The notes under the pieces were generated by a model that saw only the letters and a list, made by a program, of their open reading frames with translations, searched no databases and was not told where the DNA came from. From Callorhinchus milii (taxonomy: Eukaryota): 64,000 nucleotides of DNA. The position numbers were made by a program, and so were the translations under genes. The DNA is taken from contig NW_024704743.1 in assembly GCF_018977255.1 (NCBI RefSeq), forward strand, positions 102,798,001-102,862,000, written 5' to 3'. This document shows positions 53,954 to 64,000 of the stretch, in pieces (the stretch's first letter is position 1; every line of letters begins with the position of its first letter).

Positions 53954-55792
53954 TTACAGTTCATCCATGACATGGGACTGACTGGAGGTATCCGCATCTC
54001 TTAGACACATGTAGTTAATCCAACTATATCCCAAGAAATATGCAAAAAATAAGAATTCACTTTCAGAACAAAAACAATCATAAAATAAACTTAATTTGAG
54101 ACGGTTTGCAGAAACTATAGGTAAATCTAACTTATCCATTCTGCATTAAAATAAATCCTCAAGGAGAAACATTCTATTAAACCTTTGCCACAAAAGAAAA
54201 ACATAAACATTCTCTTTTGTCACTGTTTCCAAGTTGTTGCTTGCCGGTCACTCAAATCAGCATTTCCCTAGTTTCAACATTTGTGTACTTTTTCATCTCT
54301 GCAACATCAGAACAGATAATCACAGATCAATATATCAGGCAGGGATAGGAAAATGGATATATCAATATATTTCACCTACAAATAAAGGGACACTACAATT
54401 TATAATAAAAACCTGGTGAAGTGATTTCACTGAGACGTTTTCGACAACGTGATAAAGGCAGTGCACCAAATGCAAAGCTGCTTCTTTATCAAATGGAATT
54501 CTCTGCCTCAATTCCTCCTCCTTGACTGTTTTCAGATCACACCTCAAGACTTTCCTTTCAGACGTTGCCTATGGTCACCTCGCCTTTCTCTTTGGTTCCA
54601 GCAAGCTCCGTGACTGTTAAGGACTCTGAGATGCTATCCTCCATTAAGGGCAGTATATAAATTCAAGTTGTTGTTGTATTATATTATTATGTATTGAAGC
54701 TCTGTGGCAAGATCCCATATCAACCTATCCTCTCCCTCTGCTTAGCAGGCTGCAGCCTGCTCCACGACCCTGCCCTGGCCACTGCACGATCGGTGGTCAG
54801 GCCTTCAGCCTCCCTTTGGAACTCAATCCCACATTCCCTTTGCCTCACTCCTTCCATTACCTCCTTCAAGACATGTTTCAAGACACTACCCTTCGACTGT
54901 GCCTTCGGCCACCCTCCTATCCTCCAACCTCCCTGATCCTAAACCCCCTGCTCAGGTCCAAATCCCTGACGATCCAGCGCCTTGGGACATCTTCCCGATT
55001 TGAAAGGCGCTATACTAATATGATTTTATATTGTAATTTTGTATTGTATTGTAATATGTGAAACAAGTTCTGTTTTTTATCTCTTCATTTTCAAAGTTAC
55101 AGAAACTCAGAAGGCACATATGTTGAAATCAACGATATTCACCAAACAAAAAAGCATTCTTTAATTCTATTATGTTCTCAGAATGTAAAATAGCCCCTTT
55201 GGGAAACTGAATTCCAAGCAATTTGTTTTCTCTCTTTTTATATATGCTGCTGAAAATCCAAAATGTCATGCTGACTAGATTATGGTTTCCATTGGGGAGA
55301 CAGATCCAACCTCAATGCATTAACTTTCTTGTTTTGGGGCCAAGGTCACAAATTCTAGATTTTGTTCTGTGACTTCTGTCACCAGAGTAAGGGATAAGAG
55401 AGAAGCTTTTTCCCTAACAAAAATAAAATGAGACACAAACATTCCACTTTTAAAATATATTTCGGGGGGTGGGGAGGGAGTAAAGTGATTTAAATGTTAC
55501 CATTAAATGGGAAATTAAATCGAGGGGAATGTGAAGATTCAGAACTATTCTTTTTTTTCAAAATGTATGATTTCCCTGGAGAGAGGAATCATCACTTTAC
55601 ACAGTACCAGAGGCCCCTTTTGTCCCATACCACAATCAGTATTAAAATAAGCATTTGTTCTTCAAATAAATATTATTTTTATAACATTGGAGGTTAAATT
55701 AGTAGTATTTCTTAACTGGATTCCTTTATAAGTATGTGGCAAGACTCAGGTTTCTTAGCCCATGTGCCAAACTTCTAGGCTTGATCTTACAT

Positions 55793-56335
55793 CTTGATTT
55801 CAAGATCCTCATCCTCACCTACAAGGCCATTCACGGCCTTGCTCCCTCCTGCCTCTCCGACCTACTATCCCCCTACCTACCTGCCCGTACCCTCCGTTCC
55901 TCCGGCTCCGGTCTGCTCCACGTCCCCTGCCCCAATCGCCCTACCATCGGTGGTCGGGCCTTCAGCCTCTCAGCCCCTAGGCTCTGGAACTCTATCCCCC
56001 AGTGCCTTCGCCTTGCTTCCTCCCTCTCCTCCTTCAAGGCCGGTCTCAAAACCTTTCTCTTTGACCGAGCCTTCAGCTCCCCTCTCGACTCTCTTCCCCC
56101 TCCTCGCTCCCTCCCTTCCCTCCCATCACCCTGACCATTTCCCCCCTCCTCGCTCCTTCCCTTCCCTCCCCTCACCCTGACCATTTCCCCCCTCCTCGCT
56201 CCCTCCCTTCCCTCCCCTCACCCTGACCATTTCCCCCCTGCTCGGGTCATGACCCAACTGTGCAGCGCCTTGGGACGTCCTCCTGACGTGAAAGGCGCTT
56301 TATAAATGGAATCTTGTTGTTGTTGTTGTTGTTGT
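55793..56335 (+). mobile_element. Young L2 3' fragment with open ORF2 C-terminus
   Basis: Uninterrupted DFKILILTYKAIHGLAP...RLWNSIP...FKAGLKTFLFDRAF; perfect stem-loop and long (GTT)n. Confidence 0.93.
56095..56239. repeat. 46-bp tandem triplication in the L2 3' region
   Basis: CTGACCATTT recurs at 56131, 56177 and 56223. Confidence 0.9.
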
Positions 56336-58455
56336 ACATGAATTAACTTTTGTGATGAGGCTGTGGAGGCATTTGTAGGTGAGAAGAAGGATCTTTAATT
56401 TGTATCTCCAGCAGGTTGTATCTACAATGGGTTGCAGCTATTGGTATCTAATTTTGTTTATACTAGAGAGTTTCTTCTGGTGTCCTAGCTAGCAATCCCC
56501 TGAATAAAATTGGCAATTCACTTTGTAACTGTTTGTGGGACATTGCTGTGTGCAAAGTGACAGAGTCAAGACACCAAGCAAGGGAGAAGGGTGGAGAGGG
56601 AGGGAGAAGGGGAGAAGACCAAGAGGTAGGTTTTAAAATATGACAAAAAGACACAGTAAATGAAAGAAAGAGGTAGATGGAGTTCCAGAGATTTGGGGGC
56701 AAAGAAGCTGAAGGTTTGGCCACTGATGGTGGCGCAGATAGAGTAGAGAACATACAGCAAATCCGATGGGCGATCAGAAGAAGGAGGTGGGAGAAGCTCA
56801 CAGAAATAGGTAGTGGCTGGGATGAGAAGAGGGCCAAGGTGAACTTGGTTGAGGGTGATCCGTATGGAGACAAGGAGACAGCGGAGAATGGTGAGGACTG
56901 AGAAGATGAGTGTGCAGAGTTAGACGCCGACAGCAGAGTTTTGGGATTATCTGGAGTTTATGGATGGTGGATTAGATGGACATTGAGGATATTTATATAA
57001 ATCTGATCAGCAGCTTACTGCTTTGCAAATTATTCCTTCCACAGACAAAATAATCCATGAATTCATCTCTCTATTTAGTTATTTTATATTCAAAGGAAAA
57101 TGATGTGAAAGGTGCAATAACATCTTTCGTATCATGAGGCAAACTCAAAATACTTAACAAGAATTAGCGTCACAACGATTTTCTTCTTTAACTTAAATAT
57201 ATTTAAAAATCTTCTAATGGCTCAAGATACGATTGATTTGACCAAACATCTCGAGGGTTGATCAAATAACTCAATAGTCAAAAAGTCGAAGCTGGAATTG
57301 TGATCTTTTCCTGAATGTAAATATATATCAAAATGCATGGATGCCTGCAACATATCGGATTTGTGTACCGGGCTTTCACCAGAACAAGGTATGACTAATT
57401 TTCTTGTAGGATTTAGTCTGCAACCTAAGAAACAATTTAAGCTGCTTTGTAATGCGATTTTGTCAGTGCCTGTAGAAAAAAAAGATATGAGTAGTTTGAC
57501 TGGTATCGCTCTAAAATCTCACCAGCAGGCAATACATTATTTCGCTGATAAGTGGTTTATTTCAAGTAGGTTATTGAGCAATCTTGATAAAAAGGGGTGG
57601 GGGAACCAGACATCAATCACATCAATGAAACACAATAAGCTTCGTATTAAGGATATTAATATACATACTTTATCCTTCTTTTGAAAACAAATTGGATAAT
57701 AATGTAGTTTTAATGCATGTTTACGATTTCAACTCTACTTTCCATTCAGTGTTAAACCTTCCTGGGAGAGCAGGATGCTGATAATGATCTCCTTGGACCT
57801 GATCTGACTCCAAGATGATCTGCTTGGCAATGCAATGTGGGAATTGATACAACCCTGTGGCTTTCAGTTGTCTGGTTCCTGAGCCATGCAATTCTGCAGG
57901 ATTCCAGGGCATTCCAGCCAGTTTAATTCAATGGTAGTTCAATGTCAGGATTTGGATGTGAAGCGTGGTCGCTGGAAGCATTTCCACCATAAAGCCAAGG
58001 CCATAATAAATAGGATAGTCCTGGTTGGACAAACAGAGAGGAGCTTGCCAGACAGAATTATGGCTTCATTTCTGAAACTTCACAATTTCCCAAAAATCAT
58101 AAACTGACATTATTTGCTTGTTGCCCTTTTTTCTCAGAATAAGTTAAAAGCTAGCAATTCATTATGTCTTGATTCAGATACAGGATGCATTGCAAGGAGT
58201 AAAATAAAATTTTAATTTTCCCACTAGGTAGTGTGCATTTCACGACTGAAGATAAAAATCATATTTCACTGCTCTTTATAGTTTATTCAATTTGAAATGT
58301 TCAACGTGTTCTTATAATTAGATAACTTAAGATTAAATTTGAATTTTTCAATTTGTTTTAATAAGGACTATACATTAGACTATATTAGTGAAATGGGAAA
58401 AACAAAGCTTTTGAAGTGCTTTGAGATGTTCTCCCAACAATAAAAGGTGCTATAT

Positions 58456-60134
58456 TAAAATCGAGGAGATACGTTCAGCCACCTCAGCCTGGTCCACAGC
58501 CACCCCACATCACCTCTCTCCAACCCCTCCACCCATCCCTCCCATACTCCTTCAGCCCTATCTGTCCCTCCTCTCTCACCATGACTGTCCGCAAACTCAA
58601 ACCCACCACCTGCTCCCTTGATCCCATTCCCACCTCTCTCCTCATCTCCCAGCTCCACCTTCTGGCCCCTCTTCTGTCCGATGTCATCAAACTCTCCCTG
58701 TCCACCAGTACAGTTCCCACCCCCCCTAATAACAGCCGTCATCACGCCCATCCTGAAAAAACCTTCCCTGGATTCATCCTCCTCGCCAGCTACCGCCTCA
58801 TCTCTAACCTCCCATTCCTCTCCAAGGTCCTGGAATGAGTCACTGTGTTGCAGCTCCTCTCCTTTCTCTCCCGCCATTCCCTCTTTGAACCCCTCCAATC
58901 TGGCTTCCGCGTTGCCCACAGCACGGAAACAGCTCTGGTCAAAGTCACTAATGACATTCTGAACACCTGTGATCAGGGCTCCCTCTGCCGCCTTGTCCTA
59001 ACCTCGACCTCTCTGCTGCCTTTGACACTGTCAAGTACTCCATCCTCATACACCGCCTCTCCACTTTACTCACTCTTCGCGGACCTGCCCTTGCCTGGTT
59101 CAATTCCTATCTCTCTCACCGTCTCCACTTCGTTGCCTCTAACGGTTTCTCCTCCAGCCCCCGCACTGTCACATCTGGCGTCCCCCAGGGCTCTGTCCTT
59201 GGCCCTCTCCTCTTTAATATCTACATGTTCCCTCTTGGTGACATCATCCGCAGACATGGGGTCAACTTCCACATGTATGCGGATGACACCCAACTCTATC
59301 TTTCTGCCTCCACCCTCAACTCCAGGACCACTGCTGTCCTGACAGACTGCCTGATTGGCTCGCGCCAGCGCCTCTGCACCTCAGGCTCTGGCAACATCAA
59401 CCTCCATGGTTGCACACTATAACTCACCAAGCCAGTCAGGAACCTAGGTGTCTTGTTTGACCCTCAACCATCTTTTCTTCCCCGCATTCAAGCCATGACT
59501 CGCTCTGGCTTCCCTCACCTCCGTAACATCCCTTGACTCCATCTCACCCCTCAAGCCGCTGAAACTCTTGTTCATGCCTTTATCACCTCCAGGCTCGATT
59601 ATGCAAACGCCCTGCTTGTCAGCCTTCCCAACTCCTCGCCCGTGTCCTCTCCTGCACCAAACTCCGTGACCCCCATCTCCCCCACTCTTGCCCGACTCCA
59701 CTGGCTCCCTATCCTTCAGAGGATCCAGTTCAAGATCCTGGTCCTCACATACAAAGCCCTCCATGGCCTTGCACCACCCTACATCTGTCACCTCCTAACC
59801 TCCTACTAACCCGCCCGTTCCCTCCACTTAGCTGGCTCTGGCCTGCTCCATGTCCCCCAACCCACCCGCCTCACCATTGGCGGGAGAGCCTTCAGCCACT
59901 CTGCCCCCAACCTCTGGAATTCCATCCCCCAGTCACTCTGTCTCGCCCCCTCTTTAGCCTTCTTCAAGTCCCGCTTCAAGACCCTCCTCTTCGACCATGC
60001 CATCGGCCAGCCCCTTTCCCCTCCCCTCCCTTACCCCCCAATTCCAGTTCGGGTCTGAAATGCTGTACTCTGTTCAGCGCCTTGGGATGTCCTCCAGATG
60101 TGAAAGGCGCTAAACAAATGTAATCTTGCTGTTG
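58456..60134 (+). mobile_element. L2 LINE, 1.68 kb, inserted in a SINE tail with TSD TATAT
   Basis: [54 protein letters not shown] and [16 protein letters not shown] at 58451-58455 and 60135-60139. Confidence 0.93.
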
Positions 60135-61187
60135 TATATCAAATCCAAGGATTATTAATTATAAATGCTGAAATTGTTTAATCGTCCACCCTGAACAGGC
60201 AGACAGAACCTCAGTTTAATGTCTTGACTGACAGATGGCATCTGCAACAATACAGTACTGTGTTAGAGAGTGCTAACCAACTGAGCCAAGCTAACACCGA
60301 TTTCTCGAGCAGCACTCTGGCTTCTGAAGTTGCTTTACTGAAGAATAAAAACAGAATGAGTTGGTGTGAGCCATTACCCATGCAATACCACTTCAATTAG
60401 AAACTAAAATGACGCTGGGATAAGGCAATGCTACTTTAAGTTAACTGACCTGGAAATTCACATTGCAAAATGTGATCTGTCAGAAAATATATCTACCAAA
60501 CACTCTACCCTGCTGTTACATTTTCATGGTGTGCTTAATGGCATGGTAGTTAATTTTAATAAGTGGAGCATGATAACATTGATGGGTAATTCATACACAA
60601 ATAGCAAGGACATGTTTATTGACTACTGAGCACTCACCACATTTCATTAAGTCGAGACTATAATTTTTCTTTCATTAAACTGGCAGCACATAATTGGGAG
60701 GCATATCATCTGTAACTATTTTGTCAGGAGTCAGGAGGTATGGAATAGTTAGTGTTTTCCTTGATGTTATACTCTGACCATTATAAAGACATCCAAACTT
60801 AGTGACAGACATCTCAAAAGGTACCAGGATTTGCCCAATATAATAATCCAGTGTCAGGTAGCAAGCAGCTTGTTCAGAATATGCTGTGTGGCAGTAGCAA
60901 AAATAAATTGTTAATAAATAAAATCAGCAATACTGAAGCAAAACTTACATTCTTCTTTGGGTGACTGAAACATGCAGAAACCCATCTACCTTTCTGAAAT
61001 GCCTTGGGATGTCTTCCTGACTTGAAAAAAGCTAGATAAACGTAAATTTGTTGTTGTTCTTAAAGAGTATCTAAACCAGAGTTCCACAAATGTTTGCCAC
61101 CCATACAATAAAAATTTCCTGTGCTGGAAAGGAACATAATTTCTCTCCCAAGAGGGATGTATCATGCTTACCTAATTTGCAATAATA

Positions 61188-61348
61188 ATATAATAATAAT
61201 CCTTGCATTTGATATTGCGGCTTATCACGTCTTTGAGATGTCTCAATGCATTTCACAGAATATATTGTAAAGTGAATTGAATGTATATTTTGTGGACGAA
61301 ATGCGGTAGTCAATTGTGCACAGCAGTGTCCCATAAACAGTCATGGAT
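61188..61348 (-). mobile_element. tRNA(Ala) Deu SINE, 3' fragment
   Basis: Tail and core; a similar fragment lies at 63432-63615. Confidence 0.78.
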
Positions 61349-61740
61349 GAGATCGGATGGGTCAAAGGACCTTCTTTGTCCTAACCAAATTTGTGATCCT
61401 GTAATCTTGTTTTGGTCAGCTAGGTATATGACACCCACCCATATTCAAGTGTATCCAACAGAGAGAAAGAGAGAGAAAACGAGAGTGTGTATGTGTGTGG
61501 GGGGTGGTGTGCGGAGGGGAGGGATAGCCAAAGGAACCAGCCTTTAATTATTACTGGTTTGAATTATAAGCCTCATATTGCAGCAGACTGAGAATTAGCA
61601 CATCATATACAGCAGTTCAGCCCAATTATTTCAAATGCAGGAACATTAACTAGAAGAAGATGCTATAAGCATGACTTTTAAAGAAAAAAGTATACATGAC
61701 AAGGAAACACATAAATGCACAGGATTATGAGATGAAACAA

Positions 61741-62108
61741 TATAATAATAATCCTTGCATTTGATATAGCGCTTTGTCACTTCTTTGAGACGTCTCAAAG
61801 TGCTTCACAGAATATACTGTCAAGTGAATTGACTGTATATTTTGTAGGCGAAATGTGGCAGCCAATTGCGCACAGCAGCGTCCCACAAATAGTTGTGGAT
61901 TGACCAAATTATTATTATTATTTTTGAAGGAATTATTACCCCCATGAAAGCCATCCACAATCGACTAATAACCGGGTTCCTACTTACTGCTGGGTAAACA
62001 GAGGTGTGTGGAGTAAGGAAACTTGCCCAACTTTTTGCCCTGACAGCAATCAAACTCAGGTTTCTCACTTGCGAGGCGAGCGCTCTAACCGCTGAGCTAT
62101 AGAACTCC
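61741..62108 (-). mobile_element. tRNA(Ala) Deu SINE, long subfamily, full length
   Basis: Head GGAGTTCTATAGCTCAGCGGTTAGAGCGCTCG, long insert, core and tail. Confidence 0.88.
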
Positions 62109-63029
62109 ACACATGAGACACAGGTTGTCAAGGCTTGTGGATCTAAGAAATTGTGATGAAGTACACCTAGATTTTAATCAACTAATACCACACCGAATGT
62201 CATTGATAACACTGTCTGGCAAACTTCCCACTGCTTATCCAGCTCGGACCACCCAACTCATTAAAAACACCTATATATGGAAATCTTAGTCTGGTATCGA
62301 TACTCTTAAGTATGGTGATGAGTTTCCACATGCGTTTATGCCCAATGACTAACTGCTTAAATTCAATGTGGAATATTGGAGGGTTATTTCTCCCTACTGA
62401 GCATTTTAACCACTTCACTGCTGAAAATTTATTTCATTTATCATTTTCTTTTCATTTGCAGCAGATGCAAGTGATTCACTTTATACTACATGTAACCTAA
62501 CCAGTACAAAGTATGGAGCTGATCTATCATTGTCGCCATGCAACACAAACTAATTAATTGCACTTACAATATTTCCCAGATCATAAGTTTGTTCATGAAA
62601 TTGACTGAAACCCAGGATAATTTGAATCTGTGAACTCAAGTGTTTCAAACATGCTGTAAGGTCTGTAAAAGCAGCTGGAACCTGTCCCATTCGAATGAAC
62701 AGAAACGTGAAATTGACAGTGAACAAAGGTAAATGGTGTAAAATGTGCTGTAACTATTGGACATGCCATCTGTCCATTTCTTTCACATGTACCTCTGAAA
62801 ATGTCTGGTTTAAATCCACCATGCAAGTGTAGATAATTATATATATATGGGTGAGGCGGGGAATGGATGGGCGGGAAAGAGAAATTTTGCATGTCGCAGA
62901 GGAAAAAGATCTTAAAAACGAAAAACATGGTGTTGGAGTAAAATATTTGTTTATATATTACTCCAACCCTTGTTCTCTTTTCTAAGATCGTTTTAACTAA
63001 AATATGTTTATATTTTACTCCCTTTACGT

Positions 63030-63348
63030 TTTCACTCCTGGGATCTAAGCTCCTCAACCCCCCTTGGCTCTCCCTCAGACTCCTCAAACCAGTGCGCAAT
63101 CTAGGCATCTGGTTGGACCTCCAGCTGTCCTTCCTCCCCCATATTCCGTATCTGAGCAAGACCACCTTCTTCCACCTCTGACAAATTGCCCTCCTCCAAC
63201 TGTACCTTACCCCAAAGGCAGCCAAACCCCTTGTGCATGATGACAGCCACCTCCCAGTCCCCGCCTCTGAATCAGGCTCTGCCACTGTTAAGCTCTCTGA
63301 GATGCTACCCTGTGTATGGGGAGCTATATAAGTGCAAGTTGTCGTCGT
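63030..63348 (+). mobile_element. Degraded L2 fragment
   Basis: PVRNLGIWLDLQLSFLPHI-like segment joined to a tail remnant. Confidence 0.65.
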
Positions 63349-63954
63349 ACATTTTTTTTTCCACTCTCCCTAACCAAGAATCCATTTTTTATTATCAACC
63401 AGACACAAGGCCTCAAACTGGTTAAACACATGATAATCCTTGCATTTTTTTGATATAGTGCCTTATTACGTCTTCGCAACATCTCAAAGCGCTTCAAAGA
63501 GTATACTGTAAAGTGAATTGACTGTATATTTTGTGGGTGAAACGAAGCAGCCAATTGCGCACAACAGTGTCTCACAGATGGCCATGGATTGAGCGACCAA
63601 TATATTATTTAAAGAAAAAATTCTATCAGATGTCAATCAGAGGAAGTTACAGAGGGACTCAACAGAGGGACACTCTTGTTGAATGCGTGTTTGGACATTT
63701 CCACCCTGGAGACATGGATTTCCCTCTCCGAAATGTGATCAAAGTTATTGATCGGTCTTGATGAAGTAGCATCCATTCATACCCATTGGCATCGCAACAC
63801 TAAATCCAAATAATCGCAAATTGTTGCATTTGCCGCTTTAATAATTACAAAACATGCCTCTTTTCTAAGGCAACGAGTAGCTCATGTGAGAACTGAATTG
63901 AAACTGGACATATTTAAACGATTTGTGAATATTTGAATGTTTTGAGAGTCCTAC

Positions 63955-64000
63955 CTTAAGAGAGTCTCCATTTGCCAACTGAAACGTCCTGGCCGAAATA
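63955..64000 (-). CDS. CSMD3: CSMD3 coding exon (5' part outside window); middle of a CUB domain, ...ISARTFQLANGDSLK
   Basis: Reverse complement reads ATT TCG GCC AGG ACG TTT CAG TTG GCA AAT GGA GAC TCT CTT AAG|gtagga. This is a phase-0 donor joining the next exon (VYDGKD). It matches the recalled vertebrate CSMD3 segment ISARTFHLAQGDVLK. Not in the ORF track. Confidence 0.9.

Noticed and set aside
62593..63285. Longest ORF in the track (230 aa, minus strand)
   Set aside because: The N-terminal part is antisense to a decayed L2 fragment, the rest has no recognisable domain, and it lies in a CSMD3 intron.

Overview
Eukaryotic (vertebrate) DNA. The SINE/LINE repertoire suggests a cartilaginous fish, plausibly a chimaera (inference). 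The whole window lies inside one large minus-strand gene, CSMD3 (CUB and Sushi multiple domains 3). I reconstructed 10 consecutive coding exons: 64000-63955 (cut by the window edge), 51792-51636, 48604-48413, 46252-46126, 45339-45137, 41154-40963, 38500-38362, 26837-26650, 25301-25107 and 6057-5941. All have GT-AG boundaries and matching phases, and together give about 518 codons of alternating CUB/Sushi domains. Three of them are absent from the ORF track. The introns are full of retroposons: L2-clade LINEs with (GTT)n tails, CR1-clade LINE fragments, two generations of tRNA-headed Deu-domain SINEs, and one ~1.05 kb solo LTR with a perfect TSD. Nearly all other ORFs in the track are TE fragments or noise. 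I found no new protein-coding system. The most interesting signals are in retroposon biology and possible RNA structure: two independent insertions at the same site of the SINE tail, a SINE/LINE 3' stem-loop with a compensatory change, an inverted SINE pair bracketing a frame-symmetric exon, a locally templated 40-bp filler at an L2 5' junction, and a sense-oriented solo LTR.
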